DNA of 63,365 bases, filler included, from Folioceros fuciformis (Eukaryota): NCBI GenBank assembly GCA_049999805.1. It is 7 parts of 7 records of this genome, joined end to end, with 100 filler letters (N's around TTAATTAATTAA, not from the genome) between each part and the next. Parts side by side here need not be neighbours in the genome. Positions count along the whole stretch, not along the records: positions 48,724 to 52,048 come from JBNGIO010006077.1; positions 52,149 to 59,814 come from JBNGIO010006078.1; positions 59,915 to 61,989 come from JBNGIO010006085.1; positions 62,090 to 63,365 come from JBNGIO010006093.1; 3 more parts are not named here. One strand, given 5' to 3'. Under the pieces are notes generated by a model, which was not told where the DNA came from, made no database searches, and worked only from the letters and a program-made list of their open reading frames with translations. The translations under genes and the position numbers were made by a program. Of the stretch, positions 51,803 through 63,365 are shown piece by piece. Within the stretch, counting starts at the first letter, position 1; each line of letters opens with the position of its first letter.

Positions 51803-52048
51803 TCATTCTACCATATCCGGGCCCTGGCTAGAGGTACCCGACGACAATGAGCCCGACTTGTTGGAGCCCAGTAATAAAGGGTTTAATTCTACCATATCCG
51901 GGCCCTGGCTAGAGTTACCCGACGACAATGAGCCCGACTTGTTGGAGCCCAGTAATACAGGCGCTCCGTCGTGCTCCTTAAACGTTAGGCCAGGTTTGGG
52001 CCGGTAGGAACTCAGCTGCTGTCCCAGCTTCATCACCAGCTCCGTCAT
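51803..52048 (-). CDS. C-terminal tail of the receptor-like kinase, with an internal 81-bp (27-aa) duplication
   Basis: Begins with the same 21 nt (MTELVMK) at which the kinase at 48724 is cut. LLGSNKSGSLSSG.SSQGPDMVE occurs twice. Confidence 0.75.
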   Translation of the reverse strand: MTELVMKLGQQLSSYRPKPGLTFKEHDGAPVLLGSNKSGSLSSGNSSQGPDMVELNPLLLGSNKSGSLSSGTSSQGPDMVE

Positions 52049-55000
52049 NNNNNNNNNNNNNNNNNNNNNNNNNNNNNNNNNNNNNNNNNNNNTTAATTAA
52101 TTAANNNNNNNNNNNNNNNNNNNNNNNNNNNNNNNNNNNNNNNNNNNNTCTGCCTACTACTGTATGACTCCATATACCAATTGACGCTGTCTGTCGTGGT
52201 GTGGGACCACTGACCGGGCCCGGGCCAGAGGTAGAGCTTCGCATTCCTCGTCCCTGTAATATGCCAGACCTGATTCATCAAAGTGCGGAGCCCCGTTTTC
52301 TCATCCATCACGTCCAGCAAGTGGAGGACGTGGCAGATCTCCTGCAATTGAACGTGTTCAGGATGAAGTCAAAAATTTGTGGAGATGCCTGAGGTGATCA
52401 TGGCGGCATAAGCTGGCTACCTGCAATTGCATGTAGAGTGTCACAACAGTAGGTATTGGAGAAAGGTTAAAGATGAAAGGAACTCGAGCCCGTCTCGACA
52501 TACCTTGCCGAGCAAGCATATGTGCCACTCGTTGCTGGCGTCGGCATCGAGTTCCTTGGACCGCGAACTCATCCAGAGAGTAATCGGGTTGCACGAGGAT
52601 GCCCTCACCGACCACCTCCATGCCCTCCGATCTTCGGCAAGCACGAAGTGATTTTCTGGATGTCCAAACCAAATTAAGAAAGCAAGCATGACTTGACATC
52701 AGCATCAGCGTTTCACACATCACATGCCAGCATCGATCTCCCCTGCCTGAACTCAAATCTGGGCTCAACCAAAAGGAGCTGTGAGCCTCATCCAAGAGCG
52801 CACCTATTGTGGTTGCAATCCTTTAGAGGCAAGCCGGAGAGACACCTGTACGCGTGTAAACACATCCACGGGGCCAAACAGAGAAAGGTGAGAAGCAAAA
52901 GCTCGAGCTGCACTATTCTTGCCAAGTAAAGATATCGGCTGACTGACGCCGACTCTCTCCGACCTTGCCATCCGCCGGATCCAAGGGCTCAACCAGAGAA
53001 GCTCTCAAAGTGATAAGCTTGTTCTGGTCATTGGAAGGCCGTGGCGCGAAGCAGGATGCAGGTACATTCAAGTGCACGCGCGAGCAACGTCACACACATG
53101 TACAGGTTCAATCACATACGTCACAAGCACATAAGCCATGCCTGGAGCTCCAGCTGGGCTGCAACAGTTTTTGCCCAGCACAGAAAACGTATTCACGTGT
53201 GCAGACACGCATAAGGGTCGCAGTTAAGCAAGCTTTTTCAGCAGGGCAGGGCAACGCGCCTGCAAGCACAAGCGCTAGCACCGATCTCATGCATTGGACA
53301 TGTATGTCACAGACTTAAGCGCGCACGCACGCGCACATGAACTCCGAAACAGTCGATCTCAAACGCAAGCGAGTCAGAACCACACAAACGGAACTCCGAG
53401 AATGTCCACCTCTTACAAACACGCAGAGCACACAAATGATACTCCGAAAGAGCAGAACAGAGAGCAGCATCCAGAGCACCCACAGCAACTCCAAGAAAAC
53501 GCCAAAAGCGCGCATCCAGAAACTTGGGAAACTTGCAACCGAATAGAGGAGAAATGGAGGCTTGCCTTCCTGGGAACCACGCTGGCTAGCGCTGCAACGT
53601 TCGTGACGACGCTCAAGTTTTCTCTCGACGGCATTCTCCCAAACTCGTTGAGGAAGTGGTCAAAGTCCATGAGCTCCCAACAATGAGAGCTTGAGACCTT
53701 GAGCGTTCCCAGCGTCCATGAATCCTGGCGTTCCCTGCGTGCTCCGAGTGGTAGGCTTTATCACTGACAACGAAGTTCTTCGTCAACGATAAGGCCCACG
53801 ACTTGGAGCACGCAGGGTTGGCTGTAGCTAACGAGGAAGGGGCTGTGCGCCTCCACCTCCTCATCCTCCTCGCCCACCTTCCTCTTCCACTTCCTCTCCT
53901 GATCCGCATGCTCCGCCGCCTCTCTGGCCTCCTCCCACAACCTCACCTCATCCGTCATGGCTCTCCCGGTGCGAGAGAAGGAGGAAGCTGGAACCAAGGC
54001 GAAAACCCGAGGGGCAAGGGGAGGGTAGAGCCCCGTCCTCCGATCCGGGAGGCGTCCGGGCCGGAACAGATGGACGCCGGGGCCCCGGGCCCACGGCCCC
54101 ACGCGACTCGCTCCTCTGCGGTCGTGGTCCCGCAACGGCCAGCAAGAAACTGTGTGAAAGCCCCTGACGGTCGGGGACCCAGCTCCGGGGACCCTGCAAT
54201 GTGGGCGCCGCCGTTGCTCGCGTCTTTTATCAGCCAATTAACGGAGCCTGTACCACTTCCCGTCCGTCGATGACATCGTCAATCCAGGGCTGGCATTGGG
54301 TCACAGGGTATCAACAGGTTCCTTCATGGCTTCCTCCCGATACGGCCAGAGGCCAGTGGCCAACGGGAAAATGAGATGCCCTAATAGAGCGAGAAAGACA
54401 CGCACCTGTCACGGACCACCAGCATTCACCTCTTAATCACCGACGGTCTGACTCCAACGGCGACAGGTCCTTCGCCTTGTGAGGGCATCAAGCAAGGAGA
54501 GTACACCTTACCGTCCACGAGGCAAGCTTGCCCCTTTCGTTGAATTGGAAGCAAGGCCCGTTTCGTTATGCACAGCTGGAGCTTGTGCAGCCAGATTGCT
54601 ATGCACATAGTAGAGGAGTCGTACATGTTACAGGACGAACTGCGTTGCGCTAAGGTTTGATGCCCATCATCTGAATCAGCTGCGGGACCATCGCGATCAG
54701 CTGTTACCAGTATGCTTCACCATAAACATCACCAGGAGGCGACGGCCTTGCGTTCAACCAACTCAATCTCAATGAGCCGGATATAGCTGTAAGCTTTGTA
54801 CCGTACACTACTGCAAGCCGCTGAGGCCTGTAAGCTTCCCCATTTCTGGTGGGGAGAAGTATAGAGCATATCACGCTTCAAAGGCAGGATGCAGGAACGC
54901 CCGTCTTAATCCAGGAGGCCACGAACCTGTCACGAATGTGGCAGTGATGCCACTCCCTGAGAAGGAAAAGAAAGATTTGCGCTGTGGGCTTGTTGACCCT

Positions 55001-55182
55001 TCGGCTTTGGCCTCTTGAACGCTCTAGTGCTCCTAGTGGGACACGTCTTCCTGGGTAGCTAAGAATCCATGCATGTGTCGTGAAAGCCACAATTGCACGA
55101 AGATCATGCCCACGCTCACCGACATTATTCAGTGTGTCCTTCAGAAAACATGTGAAGCTTACTAATTCCATTTCTGCGCGCA

Positions 55183-55432
55183 GTGAGACATGGTGCGATG
55201 AGGCGGAGGCCGCACAGTGAGACATGGTGCGATGAGGCGGAGGCCGTAATAGTAGAGTAAAGGAGGAGAAGTGAGACATGGTGTGATGAGGTGGAAGCCG
55301 TAATAGAAGAGTAAAGGGGGAGAAGTGAGACATGGTGTGATGAGGTGGAGGCCGTAATAGAAGAGTAAAGGGGGAGAAGGGAGACACGGTGTGATGAGGC
55401 GGACGTCGTAATAGAGGAATAAGGGGGAGAAG
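55183..55432. repeat. Minisatellite, 54-bp unit, about 4.5 copies
   Basis: gtgagacatggtgtgatgagg.ggaggccgtaatagaagagtaaagggggagaa at 55217, 55271, 55325 and 55379, plus a partial copy at 55183. Confidence 0.9.
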
Positions 55433-55556
55433 TGCCCTTATGCTTAAATGAGTTATAGTACCTTGGAGAGCGATTCCAGGAAAGCCCTACAAGGACCGAG
55501 GATTAATATCGCCACAACACCTCCGAGCGATTGGCCACGACATTTGTAAGAGGAGG

Positions 55557-56813
55557 TGTGGCCGATCGGGTATGGTACCTTTACCAGACACTACTCACAT
55601 GTATCGTGGCTACATCAATCCCACGGTTCTAAGTTTGGATGTCCTCACGTTTCAACTCACTCTTCTCATGCATCCACCCAATCTCACTTCCAATTCATCG
55701 AACTACCTCCCTCACTGACCGAAGGCTCCCAGCAATGGCGCCAAAAGTATGGGTGAGTAGGTATGTACCCTACCTAACACACTGCTCACATCTATCGTGG
55801 CCACATCAATTGATTGATGTGGCCGTGGGATAACAACCATGGGATATCCCATGGTCATTGTAGGCTTGCCCTCCCCTTCGAGCTAGTCAACTCCTCCAAC
55901 TATGTTTATTGATCACCTATGACATTTAACCTTCCCAATCGCATACCTATCAATCTTACAACATGTCCAGTCAGTAAGGAGGCACCATTCCTTCATTTAG
56001 AAGGACCCCAATACTCCCCTTCCTGATTTCTACCTCGCTATACTCAACAGCTCTTTCTCAACAAGGCTCCCTATTACACCTTTCTCAACCCAACACTCCA
56101 TCTACTCGTCTCTTTAAATACAATAACCAACAAGGTTTTCCTTGGGCCGGTTGCGAGAGAACTTCCACGGAGTCTTTCCCTAAAGTCTACCCTCAAGCAA
56201 ACAATCACGTAGGTATTGCTCCACACCTACGGCAAAGCAACTCACACAACAACCATTCACAAGAAAAGCAACTTGCAGAGGCCTAGGGTGCCCATGGAAG
56301 AATATGAGCCCTCCGCCAAGCACTTTGACCATAGTGACTGCAACTCTAGCTACAACCAAGCGCTGTGATGGCACACAACCAGCAACGAAATCACTACGCT
56401 TAGCTGAGTATGAAGACTCGATATGAGAAGAGTGTAGAATGTGGTAGTTCATTTCTTTGTGTAGCCCCTTCTTGTAGGAGAGATCGACATATGAATCCTC
56501 CCCAACATGTAGGTGGTGGGCTAGGCTACCCTCCTCTCACACTACCTGCCACCAACTTTAACCACACACACTTACCAAGAGACTGAGACCTACCAATAAT
56601 TGCCATGGGAGTGTGCACCACTGAAAATTGGGACTTTCAGCGCCGCCGTAGAAGATTCTTAAACCCCCCTTTCGAGAGGGAGTGGCTAGGACTCTTCTTA
56701 AGGGAGGTAGAGCTAGTGAGCTTAGCTACTAGGCCCCCTCCATCATTGGGATCCATCTTCTCTTGGATCCGCAAGCTTCATGTGGATCTCTTGGGACGTC
56801 CCCTCACCACCAC
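55557..56813 (-). mobile_element. Second copy of the LTR-like repeat family at 32168, with the end of its extra ORF
   Basis: tgtgg...gggtatggta...ctcacatgt.tcgtggc.acatcaatcccacgg, ggcaccattccttca and agacctaccaata blocks are shared with 32168-33340. Confidence 0.7.
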
Positions 56814-59800
56814 TGTAAAAAGGCTTGAGGAAGCTGTGTGCAGGTTTGCAGAACATAAAAATATTAAGAACAAACATACAACATATATAGTCAGAGTACT
56901 ATCAGAGTATTATTTACTCGCGACCCTTCATAAACTTAAACCTAAATTAACAGCGTGTACATATTAACTATAGATAAAGGGGCTTTTATCTTAACACACC
57001 CCCTTAAGAACACGCCTGTTACTGCTACGCTTAGGAGACTGCTCCAATGACTGAAACACTGCTCTTGCTGTTGTCAATCTGCACCTTGGCCATAGCCGCA
57101 TATCTATTACATGTGCACGTCTGCGCGGAACAGAAGAGGAGAGACAAGAAACAGAATGCAGCAGCTGGAGGAAGAGGCTGGAGGGAATATGCAGCAGAAT
57201 ATCGTGTGGCCTTCATAGAAAGGGAGTACAAACTGCGCGTTGCGGTGACGCACAGAAGAACCCAGCTAGCACATGTAGGAGAAGAACCAGCCAGAGCGTG
57301 TGTGAAGGATCTGTAGAGTCAGATGGCAGAGGCAAAGCAAGTCCCGCTGCCAGCTGAAGAGCAACAACAAGTATGGCGATTAGATAGCACACTGAAGCTG
57401 CATCCGCGGTAACCTGTTGCTGTAGCTGTGGAAAAGCATCATCAGACACAGAGGGAAAGAGTCGAGAGACTACTAGACTGAGTGCCTAGAGACTGAAGAG
57501 ATTAGGAAGAAGAGGAAGGTGGAGAAGCACTAGGGTGATCCACTAACCCCATTTGTTCTAAATGAAAGGTATGCTTCGAAGTAGGCAATGCCTTTGTAAG
57601 TAAATCTGCAACATTTAATTCTGTGGACACATGCTCAATCTTGACCACTTGCCTCTCGACAGAATGACGCACGAAATGGTGCTGAATCTCTATGTGTTTG
57701 GTACGAGCGTGAAAGTGGGGATTCCCAACAAGTGCAATTGTGGACTGATTATCGCAGCAGATAGTGGTAGGGTTGGGGCTGTGCAACATGAAGACTGGCC
57801 AAGAAGCTGTGGACATAGCTTCAGCCTCATCATCATCCTTGGGTGAATGCTCAGAGGTAAGCCTTAATCCAACATTTCCGGGAGTACTGACTGATCGTGC
57901 ACTGTCCAAATTGAAACGCCGTAGGGTTTCATTAATGTATTTGGCCTGGTGCAGAACCAGGGTTTTATTATGTCTGTCACGCCACAGCTGAACTCCCAGG
58001 ACAAATGTAAGTGTCCCGATGTCCTTCATGTCATACTGCTTGTGTAGCATTCGTTTGGCCCAGTCCAACAGCTCACGATTGTCAGATGCCAAGATAGCAT
58101 CATCAACGTAGAGAGTGAGCAGGTGTCCGCCAGTCAGCTGCTGCATAAGGTACCTCGGCCCATTGATTTCTAGGTCTGTGCCTCGTGGGGGTACCTACGT
58201 TCAAGTTCAGTAGAAATAACAGGCTCTTCTTGTGGATCTGAATGTACATCAGTAGAAACTGTGGAGACGGGCAGAATATCATCATCCGGAAAAACAACGG
58301 GAACAGGAATCCCTTGATCATAAGAAGCAACGGCCGCAGGACGAGCATCGGCAATAGCAGCATCACTAGAAAGATCAACATGTGCAGGAACAGGACTGTC
58401 AGCAGTAGCAGATTCGGTGATATCACCCCCTCAAGCTGCAATCGGCTGATCCTGAGGGTAGACAGAAAGCTCATAGGCATCCGAATCATCCAAGTCATCA
58501 GGGATACTAGTCGAAGGAGAAGGAGCATCCAGAAAATGGGGCTGAGCAGGCTGCCAAAGTTCCTTAAACGTGACACTGCGAGCAAGAATGGATTTGTGCG
58601 CAAGAGGATCATAAAGCTTATAAGCTTTAGCTTCCTCCCCATAGCCGACAAAGACCAAGGGCTTGGCTCTGTCTTGCAACTTACGACGGAGCGCGGAGGG
58701 AACATATGCATATGCAGGCGAGCCAAAAATGCGAAGATGCAAAATACTCGGCTTCCTACCCCACATGAGCTCATAAGGTGTCGTCTCAACGACAGCAAAG
58801 GTAATCAACCGGTTGAGGATGTACGTTGCAGTGACAACAGCCTCCGCCCAGTAAGCTTTGCCTAAACCAGACCATGCAATCATGCTTCGTGTCATGCCAA
58901 GTAGAGTCTGATTGCGGCATTCCGCAACCCCGTTTTGTTGCTGGGTATATGGAACAATAAGCTACCTGATAATGCCTTGTGATGACAGGAACTGGTCGAA
59001 AGAGGTATTTACGAACTCAGTGCCATTATCAGAACACAAGCAACGCAGCAATCGACCAGTCCGCTTGTGAACCATAGTCACCCATTCCTGGAATAAGGGG
59101 AAGGTGTCAAATTTAGACTTCATAGGAAAGGTCCAGGAATAGCGACTGTAGTCATCAGTCAGTGTGAGGTAGTAAGAAGCTCCTCCTAGCGAGGAGACAT
59201 GAATTCTGCCAGAAATATCATCATGCACCAAGTTGAGAACATTCGTAGTCCTGTAGGCGGGAACAGCTGGGAAAGGCAACTCTTTTTGTTTTGCAACGAC
59301 ACATGCATCACACAGAGGGAGTTCCTTAAAACACTTCGGCAAAGGTTCACGGTAGCAATCCATATAAGACATCTTTACCAACTTCTGTTTGTTAGCATGT
59401 CCAAAACGGGCATGCCATAACTGTGCTTGAGCAGCCATTGATTTCTCTGCTATAAACAGCTTAGGAGGACGGCAACAAACCACATGGAGTCTGTACAGAT
59501 CATTAAAACGCACCCCCTTTGCCACAACGTGGGTAGATGAACCTTTTATGGTAAGTACACAACCCGTGGATGTGAACAGCAGATCAAAACGGCGAAGACT
59601 CATAAGCTGGCTTACTGATATTAAATGCTTGGCCATGGCAGGTACAAAAAGCACATGCTCGAGATACAGCATACTGTTATCAACAAGTCGGAAAGCACAC
59701 GTACCGGTGCCAAGGATCTTCAAGCCTGTGTGAGAATGCTCATCACCTAACAGCACTCTTTCAGCTGTGGAGGTTGAGGTGAAATTACTCATTAAAGCTT

Positions 59801-59814
59801 TATCCTTGCATATG
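56814..59814 (-). mobile_element. Ty1-copia D, internally deleted (pre-integrase, integrase, partial RT, RNase H; 3' LTR 56814-56996)
   Basis: LWHARFGH, CDACVVAK, VHDDISG, SDNGTEF, YWAEAV, LYVDD, CDNQS, HARTKHIEIQHHF, NVADLLTKAL. PPT at 56997-57005 followed by LTR with TG...CA ends. Confidence 0.92.
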
Positions 59815-60699
59815 NNNNNNNNNNNNNNNNNNNNNNNNNNNNNNNNNNNNNNNNNNNNTTAATTAATTAANNNNNNNNNNNNNNNNNNNNNNNNNNNNNN
59901 NNNNNNNNNNNNNNCAACTCGCAGAGGCCGTCCTCTTCAGCAGAGGCGGACCGTGAATGAACGCAACGAGACGGAACAGAACCACTGAACTACCCGAGTC
60001 CACGCTTGGTGGTGCAACGGAAGGAAAGGGGCAAGGGGAAACGACACCGACGGAGGGAAGGGGCCAGGTGGAGGTCCGGGGAAGCCTATATGTCATCAGG
60101 GCAGGAGCCATCTCCCCTTGGAGATTCAACCTCTGCCTCTCGACTATCTGGAAATTTAGAAGGGACATGAGTTCTATATATCGCCGGTTGGTTGGTTAGC
60201 TGTGGTAGCTTTTGACGCTTCCTGCGGTCGGGGGAAATCCTGAATGCCACTGCTCGCAATCTGGCACGGGTAGATATGCGTTTGCCGACCACAACATCGG
60301 CCGTATATCATTGCTGGAATCTACGTTTGTTTCCGCCTCTGATTCTCTTCCGAGAGGAGGTGTGCTATATATGGATTGAACCGCAACTTTCACTACAAAA
60401 AGAGAATGTGTGCTGTACAGAAAGGAGAGAAGCGATCATCCATGTGTACGGCCTGACGTCGGGCGATTCTTCCCAATCGAGCATTGATTTACTGTGGAAT
60501 TGCGAGTTGCCTGGCAATTTTGACAAGGGGCAGCTTGCAAGTTGCCGCTCTACACGGCCTCCTTGGTAGGGGGCTGTATTAGAGCTTGGTTAAGACATAT
60601 TCGATACTACACTGGAAGGCGAGTACTGTGGGCCTCTGAGTTTGAAGCCACGGTCCGCAGCGAGAAACGCTGACTCAGAGCGATCATGTTCCCAGCAAG

Positions 60700-60850
60700 G
60701 CAGTGTCACATCCCATCGAGTCCGATGCCAAGACCACAAGGCACATCTTCTTCGGTTACTGTCAAGACTTCAAAGGTTACAAGCTTTTTGATCCCTCCAC
60801 TCGCTCGCAGCGTGTTTTTTCACGAAATTATGTTTCTGAAGGAGTCCCCT
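60700..60850 (+). mobile_element. Copia integrase C-terminal (SH3-like) fragment
   Basis: DAKTTRHIFFGYCQDFKGYKLFDP...VFSRN. Confidence 0.65.
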
Positions 60851-61524
60851 CGGTTTATCTCGTGATGGTGATGGTTTATCTTTAGATGATGATGGTTTCT
60901 CGTCCCCGACTTCCGAGGGGGCACCCATCACTGCGAAGCTCCTCCCGTTCCAGCACCTCCCGGCTGCCAAGAGCCTGGCCCCAAACTGGACCGCTTGAGC
61001 GTGTTCAGTGTCCGGGAGAGGACGTTCCATCCTCTAGGTACTGCTCACAAGTGGCCCGATTTTGGTGGTCTGGAGGCCTGGGCTTCCAAGACTAGGCAGA
61101 CTCTAGACGGGCACCAACCTCTCCACCTGCTCCCCTATGACCCCTTCCACAGCATCAGGACAGCACGGCTCCCCCTCTGCTGTGGAGCTCGCCTGTCCAT
61201 CCTTGCACCTCACAACGACCCCAGCACCTTCCTTCCTAGATTTATGTGGCTTTGCGTCCGTATCTCTTGGGGCTAGCAGAAATCTTGTACTACCTTCCCC
61301 CTGACCCGCAACCTGCTCGGGAATTTGGTACTGAAGCAAGGAGCCAGAAGCTTGAACATCTTCCCTCAGCCCTATCGCCGTATCGAGTTTGCAAACCTCA
61401 AGCACTCCTCTTCCCTGCAGCCCACTAGTTGGAGATGGACTTCTCCCATCCCTTGCTCCCTTGCTCCATCTGGGAAGATATCGGTCTTCATTGTTGAGAT
61501 GTCACCCCCGCCATGCTCAAAGGA

Positions 61525-61680
61525 GGTTAAAATAAGTTAGTTGAAGCAAGATGCAGAATCCCAAAACTAAGAGCACTGGTTAAAATAAGTTAGTTGAAGC
61601 AAGATGCAGAATCCCAAAACTAAGAGCACTATAACAAAAGCAAGATGCAGAATCCCAAAACTAAGAGCACTATAACAAGG
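61525..61680. repeat. Short tandem duplications (53-bp and about 40-bp units)
   Basis: aagcaagatgcagaatcccaaaactaagagcact occurs three times. Confidence 0.85.
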
Positions 61681-62090
61681 CTCTTAAACTCAAATAAAAA
61701 GGAGAATTACAAAAACAACACAATACAAGTGAAGAGGGAGTTAGACTGCATATACTAAGAGGGTTCATCCCTTGTTTTATGGACCTATGGGTAACTCTCT
61801 CATTTCGTGTTCAATATGGGATAAATGACCCCAACCAAACCCTACAATACTTCTTTTGCCCAACATAGCAAAGTCTAATAAGCTATATATATATATTAAT
61901 CATAACCTTAATCACTCTTACCACTAATTAGTACAAACTCAATAAGCTGGATTAGCACTAATTAATATCAACGTTAATCATGCTTAACANNNNNNNNNNN
62001 NNNNNNNNNNNNNNNNNNNNNNNNNNNNNNNNNTTAATTAATTAANNNNNNNNNNNNNNNNNNNNNNNNNNNNNNNNNNNNNNNNNNNNT

Positions 62091-63365
62091 CATGCTGATT
62101 CTGCTAGTGATGAAGATGCCATCTTTGACCAGCCTTTGCCACCTATACAGCCTCCACAGCCTGCACTTCGTTATCCTGCCAGAGAGCGACGAGCACCAGA
62201 TTTCTATCAGTCCGAGGATTTTCGACATCCTATGGCTAATGCAGCTATACCCTTGGACCCTATTGAACCTCAGTCCTATGAAGAAGCCATTAGCCGACCT
62301 GATGCTGCTGAATGGAGAAAAGCTATCCAATCTGAGTATGATTCCTTAATAAAAAATGGCACATGGGAGCTTGCAAAGTTACCTCCTGGACGAAAAGTTG
62401 TATCCTGCAAATGGGTCTTCAAGCTGAAAGTCAAAGCTGATGGCTCATTTGATCGATACAAGGCACGGCTTGTTGCTCGTGGGTTTTCACAAGTGCCAGG
62501 ACTTGACTATTTCGAAACATACGCTCCAGTCATGAAGCTTGCTACTTTCCGCATTATCTGTGCCCTAGCAGCATACCATGATCATGAGTTAGACATGTTT
62601 GACGTCAAAACAGCTTTTCTACATGGGAAACGAGACACTGAAATCTATATGCAACAACCTACAGGCTATGAAGTAAAGGGAAAAGAAGACCATGTCTTAC
62701 TTCTCAAGAAAACCTTGTATGGGCTGAAGCAATCAGCTCTGGAATGGAACGCAGTCCTTGATGAAGAACTGCGTGCTTTAGGTTTCATTAAATGTATCTC
62801 TGACAACAGCCTGTACGTGTACAGATCCGGAGGTGTGGTGTGCTACCTTGCAGTTTATGTTGACGACTTGATTCTCTCCTGTAACAGCCCTACATTCATC
62901 ACAAAGATCAACAAGTTGTTAGCCTCCAAGTTTGAAATGACAAATCTTGGAGCACTGGAGAGCTGTTTAGGAGTGCTAATCAAACGTGACAGGAAACAGA
63001 AATCTATTTCACTTACTCAGCCTAGGTATCTGCTTGAGTGTGCTGAACAGCTTGGCTTAAAGGATGCTAAGCCAGCTGCCACTCCGTTACCATCTGGACT
63101 CAAGTACAGCAAGTCTATGTGTCCTGAAACACAGAAAGAAAAGGATCAGATGGCAGCAGTCCCTTACAGGAAGGGTGTTGGTAAGCTTATTTACGCAGCC
63201 AATACTACCAGACTTGACATAACGTTCGCCACCAGCGTGCTTTCACAGTACCTGGAAAACCTTGGACAGTTGCACTGGACAGGGGTTAAACGGGTTGTTA
63301 GGTATCTCAAAGGCACAGCAGATGTGGGAATCAATTTTAGATATGTACCTGGGTCATCTCTACAA
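62091..63365 (+). mobile_element. Ty1-copia E reverse transcriptase, open frame running off the window
   Basis: EPQSYEEA...GTWEL...KWVFK...KARLVARGFSQ...DVKTAFLHG...LYGLKQS...VYVDD...HWTGVKRVVRYLKGT. No stop seen; absent from the ORF track because it is unterminated. Confidence 0.95.

Noticed and set aside
54878-55387. 169-aa ORF with repeated HTMSHFSPFTLLLRPPP
   Set aside because: It is a translation of the 54-bp minisatellite; no evidence of coding function.
59915-60570. Possible gag region of copia D
   Set aside because: No clear gag motifs recognised and separated from copia D by an artificial linker gap.

Overview
Repeat-rich eukaryotic genomic window, most likely from a non-seed land plant (inferred from short 74-134 bp introns, PLS-class PPR, dirigent and WAK-like kinase genes; hornwort/lycophyte-like). 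Six 100-bp gaps contain an artificial TTAATTAATTAA linker, so adjacency across them is unreliable. Host genes: an intact 7-exon secreted vanadium-haloperoxidase/PAP2-superfamily gene of bacterial type, convergent with a complete EMC1 gene; a dirigent-like gene; a PLS-E PPR pseudogene; and a receptor-like kinase fragment. The rest is nested transposable elements: several Ty1-copia elements (one near-intact with 195-bp LTRs), two degenerate L1-type LINEs of one family, PIF/Harbinger, MULE/SWIM, a CACTA remnant, DUF7869/Sola-like transposase remnants and an LTR-like family with an extra ORF. Most notable findings: (1) two degenerate paralogs of a prokaryote-type beta-class DNA amino-methyltransferase (N4C/N6A) in DNA-transposon contexts, both with an unusual D-[LM]-P-[RK]-G motif IV; (2) the intron-containing haloperoxidase-like gene; (3) antisense hydrophobic ORFs in the 3' regions of two LTR retroelements.
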